Shown piece by piece: positions 22,223 to 32,000 of a DNA stretch of 32,000 bases. The DNA is from Pasteurella multocida (lineage in GTDB: Bacteria; Pseudomonadota; Gammaproteobacteria; Enterobacterales; Pasteurellaceae). The stretch's first letter is position 1, and every line of letters starts with the position of its first letter. A program made the translations under genes and the position numbers. The stretch is taken from assembly GCF_900187275.1 (NCBI RefSeq), contig NZ_LT906458.1, forward strand, positions 1,980,001 through 2,012,000, read 5' to 3'. The notes beneath the pieces are model-generated. The model made no database searches. It saw only the letters and a list, made by a program, of their open reading frames with translations, and was not told the origin of the DNA.

Positions 22223-23110
22223 ATGAAAGCAATTATCCCCGTCGCAGGTTTAGGGACACGAATGTTACCCGCGACAAAGGCGATTCCTAAAGAAATGTTA
22301 ACGCTGGTAGATAAGCCGTTAATTCAATATGTTGTGAATGAATGCGTGGCTGCTGGTATGAAGGAAATTGTCTTGGTGACACATTCTTCAAAAAATGCCA
22401 TTGAAAACCATTTTGATACCTCATTTGAATTGGAGACAATGCTAGAAAAACGTGTTAAACGTCAACTTTTAGATGAGGTTCGCTCGATTTGTCCAAAAAA
22501 TGTGACAATTATGCATGTCCGTCAAGGTAATGCGAAAGGCTTAGGACATGCCGTTTTATGTGGCAGACCATTAGTTGGAAATGAGCCATTTGCTGTGATT
22601 CTACCGGATGTACTATTGGCTGATTTTTCAGCGGATCAAAAACGTGAGAATCTGGCTGCAATGGTCAAACGTTTTGAGGAAACACAAACGAGCCAGATTA
22701 TGGTTGCGCCTGTTGCTGAAAAAGAGGTCAGTAGCTACGGTATCGTAGATTGTGGCGGAGCTGATTTAAAAGGTGGCGAAAGTACAAAAATTCATAGCAT
22801 TGTTGAGAAACCGAGTTTAGACAAAGCCCCTTCTAATTTAGCGGTGGTTGGACGTTACGTTTTCTCAGCGGCAATTTGGGACTTGTTGGAAAAAACTCCG
22901 ATTGGTGTCGGCGATGAAATTCAATTAACCGATGCGATTGATATGTTGATTGAAAAAGAAGTCGTTGAAGCGTTCCATATGACAGGAAAATCCTTCGATT
23001 GTGGTGATAAAATTGGTTATATGCAAGCGTTTGTGGAGTATGGATTGCAGCATGATAAATTAGGTCAGCAATTCAAAGCGTATTTGCAACAGCTCGTCAA
23101 AAGTTTTTAA
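22223..23110 (+). CDS. galU: UTP-glucose-1-phosphate uridylyltransferase
   Basis: 295 aa; [40 protein letters not shown]. Confidence 0.96.
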   Translation: MKAIIPVAGLGTRMLPATKAIPKEMLTLVDKPLIQYVVNECVAAGMKEIVLVTHSSKNAIENHFDTSFELETMLEKRVKRQLLDEVRSICPKNVTIMHVRQGNAKGLGHAVLCGRPLVGNEPFAVILPDVLLADFSADQKRENLAAMVKRFEETQTSQIMVAPVAEKEVSSYGIVDCGGADLKGGESTKIHSIVEKPSLDKAPSNLAVVGRYVFSAAIWDLLEKTPIGVGDEIQLTDAIDMLIEKEVVEAFHMTGKSFDCGDKIGYMQAFVEYGLQHDKLGQQFKAYLQQLVKSF

Positions 23111-23126
23111 TTCCTCTGTTTATTTG

Positions 23127-23160
23127 AAAGGGCATCACTGTGGTGATGCCTTTTCTTTTC
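23127..23160 (+). terminator. Intrinsic terminator of galU
   Basis: GGCATCAC (23131-23138) and GTGATGCC (23143-23150) with flanking A and T runs. Confidence 0.85.
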
Positions 23161-23181
23161 CCTGTTTATAAAAATTGTGAC

Positions 23182-23213
23182 GGATATCTAGCAATCTTAA
23201 CGTCTAGATTGTC
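23182..23213. promoter_or_regulatory. Candidate MetJ operator (tandem met-box-like 8-mers) upstream of metJ
   Basis: GGATATCT AGCAATCT TAACGTCT AGATTGTC in register; compared with AGACGTCT they match 5, 5, 6 and 3 of 8. Contains ACGTCTAGAT. Confidence 0.5.
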
Positions 23214-23278
23214 ATTGCGCTTATTTTTCATTAAAATGCCCCATAATTATTATGTCTATTTATTAACAGGATAAAAAA

Positions 23279-23596
23279 ATGGCAAATTGGGACGGTAAAT
23301 ATATTAGCCCTTACGCAGAGCATGGCAAGAAGAGTGAGCAAGTCAAAAAAATTACAGTATCGATTCCGATTAAAGTATTGGAAATTTTAACCAATGAACG
23401 GACACGCAGACAAATTCGTAATTTACGTCATGCAACGAACAGTGAATTGCTCTGTGAAGCCTTTTTGCATGCCTTTACCGGTCAACCGTTGCCAACGGAT
23501 GAAGACTTATTGAAAGAGCGCCATGACGAAATTCCTGAGCAAGCAAAGCAAGTGATGCGCGAATTGGGTATCGATCCAGAAAAATGGGAATACTAA
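23279..23596 (+). CDS. metJ: Methionine repressor
   Basis: 105 aa; [72 protein letters not shown]. Confidence 0.97.
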   Translation: MANWDGKYISPYAEHGKKSEQVKKITVSIPIKVLEILTNERTRRQIRNLRHATNSELLCEAFLHAFTGQPLPTDEDLLKERHDEIPEQAKQVMRELGIDPEKWEY

Positions 23597-23611
23597 TTTA
23601 AAGAATTGAAA

Positions 23612-23649
23612 AAGTGCGGTGAGAATAACGAAAATTCTGACCGCACTTT
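23612..23649. terminator. Bidirectional terminator-like hairpin between metJ and deoD, built on uptake-signal sequences
   Basis: AAAGTGCGG and CCGCACTTT arms with inner AGAAT/ATTCT pairing; genes converge here. Confidence 0.7.
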
Positions 23650-23671
23650 CTTATGTGTCTAATAGGTAGAA

Positions 23672-24388
23672 TTACGCGTTATCGCCAATTAGAACGGATT
23701 CTAATGCGATTTCAATCATATCATTAAATGTTAATTGACGTTCTTCTGGTGTTGTTTGTTCGTGTGTACGAATGTGATCAGACACAGTACAGATTGTTAA
23801 GGCTTTGGCACCAAATTCTGCGGCCACACCATAAATTCCCGCAGCTTCCATTTCAACACCTAAGATGCCGTATTTTTCCATTACATCAAACATTTCCACA
23901 TCTGGTGTATAGAATAAGTCTGCAGAGAATAAGTTACCAACATGGACATTTAAGCCTTTTGCTTTTGCCGCTTGCACTGCCGCCATTGTCATGTCAAAGT
24001 CCGCGATCGCAGCAAAGTCATGGTTTTTAAAACGGATACGGTTGACTTTGGAATCGGTACAGGCACCAAATCCAATCACCACATCACGTAATTTGACATC
24101 CATACGGACAGCACCGCAAGAACCAACACGGATAATTTTCTTCACGCCGTATTCCGTAATCAATTCTTTTGTGTAAATCGAACAAGATGGGATCCCCATA
24201 CCATGTCCCATAACAGAAATTTTGCGGCCTTTATAGGTTCCCGTGAACCCAAGCATATTACGGACATTCGTGATTTCTTTCACATCTTGTAAGAAGGTTT
24301 CTGCGATGTATTTGGCACGTAATGGGTCACCCGGCATTAAAACAACATCGGCAAATGCACCGGCAGGTGCGTTAATATGTGGAGTCAT
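23672..24388 (-). CDS. deoD: Purine-nucleoside phosphorylase
   Basis: 238 aa; [33 protein letters not shown]; RVGSCGAV; EMEAAGIYG. Confidence 0.96.
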   Translation of the reverse strand: MTPHINAPAGAFADVVLMPGDPLRAKYIAETFLQDVKEITNVRNMLGFTGTYKGRKISVMGHGMGIPSCSIYTKELITEYGVKKIIRVGSCGAVRMDVKLRDVVIGFGACTDSKVNRIRFKNHDFAAIADFDMTMAAVQAAKAKGLNVHVGNLFSADLFYTPDVEMFDVMEKYGILGVEMEAAGIYGVAAEFGAKALTICTVSDHIRTHEQTTPEERQLTFNDMIEIALESVLIGDNA

Positions 24389-24500
24389 AGTGAATTCCTC
24401 TTTGTTAATAGTGAAGGGAAATGATGATACAAGACATTATACCTTATATCTGAAATTTATCTGTTGTGTTTCACTTTTGTTCTTAAAATGATGAAGTGAA

Positions 24501-24516
24501 ACGCAAACGTTTACTT
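24501..24516. promoter_or_regulatory. Candidate PurR-family operator between nupC and deoD
   Basis: ACGCAAACGTTTACTT resembles the PurR box ACGCAAACGTTTGCGT. Confidence 0.5.
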
Positions 24517-24529
24517 GTGCCCTAGACGA

Positions 24530-24556
24530 CAACACCACGAACAAGTCGTGGTGTTG
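24530..24556 (-). terminator. Strong hairpin just downstream of nupC
   Basis: CAACACCACGA (24530-24540), 5 nt loop, TCGTGGTGTTG (24546-24556): 11-bp perfect stem, but no T-run on the transcribed minus strand. Confidence 0.5.
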
Positions 24557-24593
24557 AGCAAACGTAGTTAAAGACATGATGCTGTACGCTTCA

Positions 24594-25856
24594 TTATAAC
24601 GCGACACCACCTAAACCAATAAATAAGCCGGCAATAGTCGCACTCATTAAGTTAGATAATGAACCCGCGATAACGGCTTTGATACCTAAGCGAGCGATAT
24701 CACCACGACGATTTGGTGCCATTCCACCTAAACCACCGATAAGAATTGCAATCGAGCTGAAGTTAGCAAAACCACAGAGTGCGAAAGTAATAATCGCTTT
24801 GGTTTTTTCACTTAATACAGCAGGGGCTTCACCACCTAAATAGGCTGCAAAATCTAAATAAGCCACAAATTCGTTAATCGCTAATTTTGTACCGATCATT
24901 CGTCCAGCGATTTCGGCTTCTGACCATTCCACTCCCACTAACCAAGCAAGCGGTTTGAAGATCCAACCTAACAGCATACCGAGCGTTAATTCAGGCATAT
25001 TAAATAGCCCACCAATACCGCCTAAGATACCGTTTAATAATGCGATTAAGCCTACGAACGCGACTAACATCGCACCGACGTTTAAGGCTAATTGCATACC
25101 AGATAGAGCACCACCAGCAGCTGCATCAAGAATGTTAGCCGGTTTCTCCGCATCCACTTGTTCTAAATTATCACTGAATTTTTCTGTTTGTGGGTAAAGA
25201 ATTTTAGCGAAGAGTAAACCCGCAGGCGCTGCCATGAAAGATGCCGCGATTAAATAAGGAAGTGGTACACCTAATCCCGCATATGCTGCCATGACAGAAC
25301 CAGCAATTGACGCTAACCCACCACACATGATGGCGAAAAGCTCAGATTCGGTCATTTTGCTAATATAAGGTTTGACGATTAAAGGCGCTTCAGTTTGACC
25401 TACAAAAATGTTAGCCGCAGCAGACATAGACTCTGCTTTTGAAGTACCTAATAATTTTTGTAAGCCACCACCGATAATTTTAATGATCCACTGCATTACA
25501 CCGATGTAATAAAGTAATGAAATTAAGGCAGAGAAGAAAACGATAGTCGGTAAAACACGCACTGCGAAGACGAAACCGCCACCGCCAAAGACTTCAAACA
25601 TTTTATCGCTGACTAGACCACCGAATAAGAAGCTGATACCTTCGTTACCATAGTTAATGATTTTTTGAATACCACCCGCTAACCAATCAAGTGCATCGCG
25701 TCCTGCGGGTACATAGAGAATTAATGCTCCAATACCAATTTGAATTGCCAGTGCACCTAATACTGTGCGGAAGTTAATGGCTTTGCGATTGTTGGATAAT
25801 AAGAAAGCAATCCCTAACAATACAACAATACCAAGAATACTGATTAATGTACCCAT
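24594..25856 (-). CDS. nupC: Concentrative nucleoside transporter, NupC family
   Basis: 420 aa membrane protein; [44 protein letters not shown]. Confidence 0.93.
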   Translation of the reverse strand: MGTLISILGIVVLLGIAFLLSNNRKAINFRTVLGALAIQIGIGALILYVPAGRDALDWLAGGIQKIINYGNEGISFLFGGLVSDKMFEVFGGGGFVFAVRVLPTIVFFSALISLLYYIGVMQWIIKIIGGGLQKLLGTSKAESMSAAANIFVGQTEAPLIVKPYISKMTESELFAIMCGGLASIAGSVMAAYAGLGVPLPYLIAASFMAAPAGLLFAKILYPQTEKFSDNLEQVDAEKPANILDAAAGGALSGMQLALNVGAMLVAFVGLIALLNGILGGIGGLFNMPELTLGMLLGWIFKPLAWLVGVEWSEAEIAGRMIGTKLAINEFVAYLDFAAYLGGEAPAVLSEKTKAIITFALCGFANFSSIAILIGGLGGMAPNRRGDIARLGIKAVIAGSLSNLMSATIAGLFIGLGGVAL

Positions 25857-26089
25857 AATTGTAAAGTCCTTTACTAAGTTAGAATGAAATGATAGTTGTT
25901 GATTCTACTGTGTTTTAGACGAAAAATCTTGTTTTATTGGAGCATAAATAAGCAAATTGTATTAAATTTTAGCTAAAATGTGATATGGCTCTCAATTTGG
26001 ATGAAAATAGCCCATTGCCCGATATTGTTGGGGTAAACGTATTTTTTTATTATGATAGGCAATGTTATACACGGAATTGTTTTCTTTTT

Positions 26090-26758
26090 ATGCAAAAAAA
26101 ATTTAATGTCTTACCTCAAACTGCGTGGAGTGCGTCTTCCTTATGGGCAGTAGAAATGAAACCATTGGGGGTGCTTTTTATTTCACTGGCGACGCTTGGA
26201 CTGGGTGAAGGGCTGATTTTATTGTCTGATTTAGGATCGGCACCTTGGACGGTGCTTTCGCAAGGTGTTGCTATTCAAGGCGATTTTAGTGTCGGTTGGG
26301 CATCTTTCCTTATCAGTTGTGTGGTGATGCTATTTTGGTTTCCATTGAGATTGCGCGTAGGGTTAGGCACCGTATTAAATATTCTGGTGATTGCCCTCTT
26401 TTTAGGCTTAAGCGTAGAATTTATGTCCAAACCGACCGCACTTTTGAGTCGCTATTTTTATTTGACTGTAGGCATTTTATTATTTGGTATTGGCTCGGCG
26501 TTTTATTTGACCTGTCATCAAGGTGCAGGACCAAGAGATGGATTAATGGTGGGATTATGCCAACGTTTCCGGCTGAAAGTTGGCATGGTCCGCACGACAA
26601 TGGAGGTTAGTGTTTGCGTATTGGGGTTTCTATTAGGAGGCAAACTGGGAATTGGTACCGTACTGTTTGCTGTGTCAATTGGTTGGGTCGTGCAAGCCAC
26701 ATTACTGTGCTTGTTCAAGCTTCCACATTGTCTTCACAAAGGGAATCGCTTGTGTTAA
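26090..26758 (+). CDS. YczE/YyaS/YitT-family membrane protein
   Basis: Hydrophobic protein; LGLGEGLILLSDLGSAPWTVLSQGVA, HQGAGPRDGLMVGLCQR. Start moved from 25985 to ATG 26090, before a typical N-terminus. Confidence 0.75.
   Translation: MQKKFNVLPQTAWSASSLWAVEMKPLGVLFISLATLGLGEGLILLSDLGSAPWTVLSQGVAIQGDFSVGWASFLISCVVMLFWFPLRLRVGLGTVLNILVIALFLGLSVEFMSKPTALLSRYFYLTVGILLFGIGSAFYLTCHQGAGPRDGLMVGLCQRFRLKVGMVRTTMEVSVCVLGFLLGGKLGIGTVLFAVSIGWVVQATLLCLFKLPHCLHKGNRLC
26435..26443 (-). repeat. DNA uptake signal sequence inside the YczE-like gene
   Basis: ACCGCACTT. Confidence 0.8.
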
Positions 26759-27748
26759 TACCTGATCAATATCAATGAGACTCAGATCCATTTGTTTTTC
26801 TCTATCCTGTGTTTGTGGGGAAAAAGCGAGATGTTTAGTGGGATCATTAATTGGTTGCCAACGTAAAGGAGTCGCAGAACGACGACTCGGATAAAATCCA
26901 ATGGTTGGAATATTCAGCGCCGCACTTAAATGTAATGGTCCTGTGGAACCAGCAATAAACAGATCGGCGCAAGCTAACGAGTGAGCAAAATCTACTAGTC
27001 CCGCATTTTTATCATACACTACCACATTGTTATGATTGACGCATGAGGCGAGTTCATGCGCTTTTTCACTTTCATTAGGGCCTGCTGTCAGTACGATTTG
27101 GCAATCAAATTGACTTAATAAACCCAAAATGAGTTGTGCATATTGATCTAACGATAAATTCGTCGCTGAACCGCCTGATCCACTATGAACAAAAATCCAT
27201 TTTTTTTCTAACGCTAGACCAAGCGTTTGACTGAGCATTTCGCGTTGATGTTGTACGGCATTTTGCTCAAAGGTTAAATACGGCGGTGTTGGTTCCACGA
27301 TTGGGCAGTGCGTTTTTTGTAAAAATGCACGAGCAAGATCCAAATTATATTCGAATTCAGGTTTTAACGATTTTGAACGGCGCTGCGTGACGCGATGATT
27401 GTATAAAAATTGAATTAATTTGGTGGCTGGCGCTAAACGGAAAGGAATCCCTGCTTTCCAGACTAACAACGCATTGTATTTATCTGAAAAAAAGTTAATC
27501 GATGCATCAAATTTCGCAGCTTTAATGGCTTGTAAGGTTTTCAGTTGGTCGGCTTTATCTGCCTTCTTACCCGCATCAATAATCACGTCATCTAAATAAG
27601 GACACAGACGAGCAAGGTCTGCGGTATAGTTCGGTACAAGTGCGGTCAGTTTTAAGCTAGGATTCGATTGCTTAAGCATCGCAAATGCCGGCCAAGCTAA
27701 CATAAAATCGCCGAGTTTATCGTTGCGCACGACTAACAATTTTTGCAT
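26702..27748 (-). CDS. Glycosyltransferase family 9 (heptosyltransferase-like)
   Basis: 348 aa; MQKLLVVRNDKLGDFMLAWPAFAMLKQSNPSLKLTALV and C-terminal FIAGSTGPLHLSAALNIPTIGFYP. Confidence 0.88.
   Translation of the reverse strand: MQKLLVVRNDKLGDFMLAWPAFAMLKQSNPSLKLTALVPNYTADLARLCPYLDDVIIDAGKKADKADQLKTLQAIKAAKFDASINFFSDKYNALLVWKAGIPFRLAPATKLIQFLYNHRVTQRRSKSLKPEFEYNLDLARAFLQKTHCPIVEPTPPYLTFEQNAVQHQREMLSQTLGLALEKKWIFVHSGSGGSATNLSLDQYAQLILGLLSQFDCQIVLTAGPNESEKAHELASCVNHNNVVVYDKNAGLVDFAHSLACADLFIAGSTGPLHLSAALNIPTIGFYPSRRSATPLRWQPINDPTKHLAFSPQTQDREKQMDLSLIDIDQVLTQAIPFVKTMWKLEQAQ
27638..27646 (+). repeat. DNA uptake signal sequence inside the GT9 gene
   Basis: AAGTGCGGT. Confidence 0.8.
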
Positions 27749-28002
27749 TTTTTATTCTCAATTAAAGGGAACATGTTTCAGTATTCTACTCTTTTTCTGC
27801 ACAAAATTTAATTGTAAATGTTACCTTTGTCAGTTGATGGTTCTTTGAGAGAAAACCTCTTATTTCTTGCTTTTTTCTTAAAAAAGAGTATGATCCACAG
27901 GCTTTTTGTCTATATATACAGAGAAAAAAGTAAGTTTAACTCTCAAGATTTCTTCGATAATTGAGGGTTTTCTTTTTGTAATCAAACGTTTAGAGGAAGG
28001 TT

Positions 28003-28251
28003 ATGGTAACCATTCGTTTATCTCGTGGCGGAGCTAAAAAACGCCCATTCTATCAAATCGTTGTCGCAGATAGCCGTTCACCACGTGACGGTCGCTTTAT
28101 TGAGCGCGTAGGCTTTTTCAACCCATTAGCAACAGGCAATGCTGAGCGTTTACGTTTAGACTTAGACCGTGTTAATGCTTGGGTAGAGAAAGGTGCATCT
28201 TTATCAGATCGCGTTTCAGCTTTAGTTAAAGAAGCGCAAAAAGCAGCGTAA
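28003..28251 (+). CDS. rpsP: 30S ribosomal protein S16
   Basis: 82 aa; [41 protein letters not shown]. Confidence 0.98.
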   Translation: MVTIRLSRGGAKKRPFYQIVVADSRSPRDGRFIERVGFFNPLATGNAERLRLDLDRVNAWVEKGASLSDRVSALVKEAQKAA

Positions 28252-28298
28252 TTTCCGCTAATTTTATTAGCAGTAGTAAAACGAGATAGGTGGTAAAT

Positions 28299-28826
28299 AT
28301 GGAACAGCAAAGAATTGAAGTAGTTGGCAAATTAGGCTCAACTTATGGCATTCGCGGTTGGTTACGTATTTATTCATCGACAGAATATGCTGAAAGCATT
28401 TTTGATTACCAACCTTGGTTTTTAAAAATTAAAGGGCAATGGCAGCCTACAGAGTTAGAGAGTTGGCGTTACCACAATAACGATTTAATCGTTAAATTGA
28501 AACATGTGGACGACCGAGAAGCCGCACAAACCTTAGCGAATATTGAAATTGGCGTTGATTTGGCGGTTTTCCCTGAGCTAGAAGAAGGGGATTATTACTG
28601 GCATGATTTAATCGGCTGTAATGTGGTTAACCTTGAAAACTATGCGATGGGCACAGTGACCGAAATGATGGAAACAGGATCTAACGATGTATTGGTTGTG
28701 CGTGCAAAAAGCAAAGATGCTTTTGGAAAACAAGAGCGGTTAATTCCGTTTTTGTATGAACAAGTAGTTAAAAGAGTAGATCTCAACACGAAGACAATTG
28801 TCGTGGATTGGGACGCTGGTTTCTAA
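28299..28826 (+). CDS. rimM: Ribosome maturation factor
   Basis: [29 protein letters not shown]; between rpsP and trmD. Start could also be 28290. Confidence 0.95.
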   Translation: MEQQRIEVVGKLGSTYGIRGWLRIYSSTEYAESIFDYQPWFLKIKGQWQPTELESWRYHNNDLIVKLKHVDDREAAQTLANIEIGVDLAVFPELEEGDYYWHDLIGCNVVNLENYAMGTVTEMMETGSNDVLVVRAKSKDAFGKQERLIPFLYEQVVKRVDLNTKTIVVDWDAGF

Positions 28827-28879
28827 CCTCAGGTATGCCGTTTAGCTTTGGCAGTAGCATTTTGATATAAGGGTCACTT

Positions 28880-29617
28880 ATGTTAGTTGGGATTATTAGT
28901 TTGTTCCCCGAAATGTTCAAAGCCATTACGGAATTTGGGGTCACAGGTAGAGCTGTCAAACAGAATCTCTTACAGGTGCGTTGTTGGAATCCCCGTGATT
29001 TTACGCACGATAAGCATAAAACAGTGGATGATCGCCCTTATGGCGGTGGTCCAGGTATGCTGATGATGGTGCAGCCTTTACGGGATGCGATTCAAGCAGC
29101 AAAAGCTGAAGTAGGAGAGGGGGCGAAAGTGATTTACCTTTCGCCACAAGGACGAAAACTCGATCAAGCAGGCGTAAAAGAACTCGCACAGCATCAGAAA
29201 TTGATTTTACTGTGTGGACGTTACGAAGGCATTGACGAGCGATTGATCGAAACAGAAGTGGATGAAGAATGGTCAGTCGGTGATTATGTACTGACTGGCG
29301 GTGAATTGCCGGCTATGACATTAATTGATGCAGTAGCACGATTTATCCCAGGTGTGCTTGGTAAACAAGCCTCAGCCGATGAAGATTCGTTTGCTGAAGG
29401 CTTGCTTGATTGTCCACATTATACGCGTCCTGAAGTGTTAGATGGTTTAGCTGTACCACCTGTGCTGATGTCTGGTAATCATGAAGAAATTCGTAAATGG
29501 CGATTGAGACAATCGCTTGAGCGTACATGGTTAAGACGCCCTGAGCTATTAGAAAGCCTAGCTCTGACTGACGAACAACGTAAACTGTTGAAGCAAATTA
29601 AAGCAGAACACAGTTAA
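28880..29617 (+). CDS. trmD: tRNA (guanine37-N1)-methyltransferase
   Basis: 245 aa; [45 protein letters not shown]. Confidence 0.98.
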   Translation: MLVGIISLFPEMFKAITEFGVTGRAVKQNLLQVRCWNPRDFTHDKHKTVDDRPYGGGPGMLMMVQPLRDAIQAAKAEVGEGAKVIYLSPQGRKLDQAGVKELAQHQKLILLCGRYEGIDERLIETEVDEEWSVGDYVLTGGELPAMTLIDAVARFIPGVLGKQASADEDSFAEGLLDCPHYTRPEVLDGLAVPPVLMSGNHEEIRKWRLRQSLERTWLRRPELLESLALTDEQRKLLKQIKAEHS

Positions 29618-29653
29618 TATCAGTTCAATCTAGGATTAGAAAGGTTAATTATT

Positions 29654-30004
29654 ATGAGTAACATCATTAAACAACTTGAACAAGAACAGTTAAAACAAAA
29701 CTTACCGAGCTTCCGCCCTGGTGACACGTTAGAAGTGAAAGTATGGGTAGTAGAAGGGAGCAAACGTCGTCTGCAAGCATTCGAAGGCGTGGTTATTGCA
29801 ATTCGTAACCGTGGCTTGCACTCTGCCTTTACATTACGTAAAGTGTCTAACGGTGTCGGTGTTGAGCGTGTTTTCCAAACACATTCACCAATCGTTGATA
29901 GCATCACAGTGAAACGTAAAGGTGCGGTACGTCAAGCGAAACTTTACTACTTACGTGAGCGTTCAGGTAAATCTGCTCGTATCAAAGAGCGTTTGGGCGA
30001 TTAA
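29654..30004 (+). CDS. rplS: 50S ribosomal protein L19
   Basis: 116 aa; [54 protein letters not shown]. Confidence 0.98.
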   Translation: MSNIIKQLEQEQLKQNLPSFRPGDTLEVKVWVVEGSKRRLQAFEGVVIAIRNRGLHSAFTLRKVSNGVGVERVFQTHSPIVDSITVKRKGAVRQAKLYYLRERSGKSARIKERLGD

Positions 30005-30014
30005 TTCCCAAAAG

Positions 30015-30042
30015 AAAGGCTTGGTTATCCAAGCCTTTTTTC
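30015..30042 (+). terminator. Intrinsic terminator of the rpsP-rimM-trmD-rplS operon
   Basis: AAAGGCTTGG (30015-30024), TTAT, CCAAGCCTTT (30029-30038) with following T-run. Confidence 0.92.
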
Positions 30043-30056
30043 TTACTTACACATAA

Positions 30057-30065
30057 AAGTGCGGT
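30057..30065 (+). repeat. DNA uptake signal sequence downstream of rplS
   Basis: AAGTGCGGT followed by TTATTTTTATAAAA. Confidence 0.8.
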
Positions 30066-30371
30066 TTATTTTTATAAAATTTTATTATCCAGCGGTATCG
30101 CCTTAATGTTTTGTTATGGGCTGTTGTGATCAGTACTAAACCTTGCTTAGCTCCCTCATTCTACGCTCTTTGCGTTCACTTTCCTTTGCTTAAGATTCTT
30201 TTCTCATTTTATTTCGTGATCCCTATCAATAAAATATGATTTTTAAATTCCTAAATTAAGCTGAACCACGCATACTGAGTGCAAGATTTTTTTGATAGTA
30301 AAGTGTCAAGATTATTAAAAAATATCTTGTTTTGGTCAGTAGTTAACATTTAAGACATTGAGGAGCTGATT

Positions 30372-31670
30372 ATGGTGGCATTGAAAGCAATTATTGCGCT
30401 TACTGGCATTATTGTTGCTGTCTATTTATTAATAAAGAAATATGAAACACGCACAGTATTAATTGGTGTAGGGTTGTTCATGGCGATTGCAACACTTAAC
30501 CCAATGGGGGCACTCGATGCATTTGCGAAAAGCATGACATCGGCAGGGCTAATTATGGCAATTTGTTCGAGTATGGGCTTTGCTTATGTGATGAAATATA
30601 CGCAATGCGATACGCATTTAGTCCATTTATTAACAAAACCATTAAGTGGCTTGAAGTTTTTCTTAATTCCTATCGCCACAATCATTACCTTCTTTATTAA
30701 CATTGCGATTCCTTCTGCAGCAGGTTGTGCGGCAGCCGTGGGGGCGACGCTCATTCCAGTATTAAAAAGTTCCGGTGTTCGTCCAGCAACAGCTGGGGCA
30801 GCAATTCTTGCGGGAACGTTTGGATCGATGATGAGTCCGGGATCGTCGCATTCAGCCATGTTAAGTGAAATGTCAGGTTTAACGGTGACACAAGTTAACT
30901 TATCTCATGCGCCTTATACGATGATTGCAGGGGCGATCGGGGCCGTGATGTTAACGATTTTAGCGATTGTGTTTAAAGATTATGGGGAAGAACACCGTCA
31001 AGCGTATTTGCTTGAAAATAAAGAGAGTGAGCAAAATGCAGAAAATATGAAAGTGAATATTTTTTATGCATTAGCACCATTAGTACCTTTAGTGATTTTA
31101 GTTATTGGTGGAACATCTTTACAAAAAATGCCGGGTTTAGAATGGACGAAGATGGGTGTACCACAAGCGATGTTAATTGGTTCATTATATGCTGTTGTGA
31201 TGACACGCATTTCACCGGTCAAAATTACAAATGAGTTCTTTAATGGAATGGGTAATTCTTATGCGAATGTGTTAGGTATCATCATTGCGGCAAGCGTCTT
31301 TGTTGCGGGTTTAAAATCAACAGGAGCCATTGATAGCGCGATTGAATTCCTGAAACATTCAAATGAATTTGTGCGTTGGGGAGCAACCATAGGACCATTC
31401 TTAATGGGCATTGTGACCGGATCGGGAGATGCTGCCGCGATTGCGTTCAATACCGCGGTGACGCCTCATGCAGTCGAATTAGGTTATACCCATGTTAATT
31501 TAGGTATGGCTGCCGCGATTGCGGGGGCAATTGGACGTACAGCCTCTCCAATTGCTGGCGTGACAATTGTCTGTGCAGGTTTAGCGATGGTTAGTCCGGT
31601 TGAAATGGTCAAACGCACTGCACCAGGCATGATTCTCGCGATCTTATTTTTAGCATTGTTTATGTTGTAA
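30372..31670 (+). CDS. DcuC-family anion/dicarboxylate transporter
   Basis: 432 aa membrane protein; FFINIAIPSAAGCAAAVGATLIPVLKSSGVRPATAGAAILAGTFGSMMSPGSSH. Confidence 0.82.
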   Translation: MVALKAIIALTGIIVAVYLLIKKYETRTVLIGVGLFMAIATLNPMGALDAFAKSMTSAGLIMAICSSMGFAYVMKYTQCDTHLVHLLTKPLSGLKFFLIPIATIITFFINIAIPSAAGCAAAVGATLIPVLKSSGVRPATAGAAILAGTFGSMMSPGSSHSAMLSEMSGLTVTQVNLSHAPYTMIAGAIGAVMLTILAIVFKDYGEEHRQAYLLENKESEQNAENMKVNIFYALAPLVPLVILVIGGTSLQKMPGLEWTKMGVPQAMLIGSLYAVVMTRISPVKITNEFFNGMGNSYANVLGIIIAASVFVAGLKSTGAIDSAIEFLKHSNEFVRWGATIGPFLMGIVTGSGDAAAIAFNTAVTPHAVELGYTHVNLGMAAAIAGAIGRTASPIAGVTIVCAGLAMVSPVEMVKRTAPGMILAILFLALFML

Positions 31671-31690
31671 TCATAAAGAGGAGCGATTCA

Positions 31691-32000
31691 ATGAGTATAA
31701 CACTTGAACAACTCATCCAATGGCGTCGTGAATTTCACCGTTTTCCAGAGATTGGTTGGTCTGAGTTTTGGACGACGAGTCGTATTGCAGATTATCTTGA
31801 GGAAATGGGATTTGACATTTTATTGGGTGATAAAATTATCAATCCTGAATTTGTACGTGGTCGCCAGCAAGCGGTTGTCGAAGCAGGGTTAGCCAAAGCA
31901 ATAGCGTATGGCGCAAAAGCAAAATGGCTTGACCAAATGAAGGGTTATACGGGGTGTGTAGCAGTATTAGATACAGGCAAACCGGGTAAAACAGTCGCAT
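31691..32000 (+). CDS. M20-family amidohydrolase (AbgB/p-aminobenzoyl-glutamate hydrolase-like), truncated by window end
   Basis: Manually translated: MSITLEQLIQWRREFHRFPEIGWSEFWTTSRIADYLEEMGFDILLGDKIINPEF...; open to the window edge. Only 20 bp after the transporter stop. Confidence 0.8.
   Translation, partial: MSITLEQLIQWRREFHRFPEIGWSEFWTTSRIADYLEEMGFDILLGDKIINPEFVRGRQQAVVEAGLAKAIAYGAKAKWLDQMKGYTGCVAVLDTGKPGKTVA

Noticed and set aside
30308-30329. Possible FNR site near TTGATAGTAAAGTGTCAAG upstream of the DcuC-family gene
   Set aside because: Spacing between TTGAT and TCAA is too long for the TTGAT-N4-ATCAA consensus.
31704-31892. Supplied ORF at 31704..31892 (MNNSSNGVVNFTVFQ...)
   Set aside because: It is out of frame with the M20 amidohydrolase starting at 31691, which has a ribosome-binding sequence, recognisable motifs and an open frame to the window end.

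Overview
Chromosomal segment from a Pasteurellaceae genome (Haemophilus/Aggregatibacter/Pasteurella type). This rests on Hin-type DNA uptake signals, AAGTGCGGT or its complement, throughout the window, and on protein similarity recognised by eye. Most of it is ordinary core content: yrdD-like (partial), tsaC, aroE, rarD-like, ilvY/ilvC, mazG, uspA, alaS, csrA, galU, metJ, deoD, nupC, a YczE-like membrane protein, a GT9 glycosyltransferase, rpsP-rimM-trmD-rplS, a DcuC-family transporter and the start of an M20 amidohydrolase. The main accessory content is a complete AI-2 uptake/processing locus: lsrK and lsrR on the minus strand, divergent from lsrA-C-D-B-F-G plus an LsrE-like epimerase. A ZnuD-like TonB-dependent receptor gene also looks accessory. 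I found no convincing new defence, mobile or RNA system. The best second-look items are regulatory: a three-copy half-site motif plus a strong CRP-like site between lsrR and lsrA, a terminator-like hairpin inside the lsr operon between lsrF and lsrG, a GGA-rich csrA leader, tandem met-box-like repeats before metJ, and a PurR-like box before deoD. No searches were run; all identities come from reading the translated sequences.
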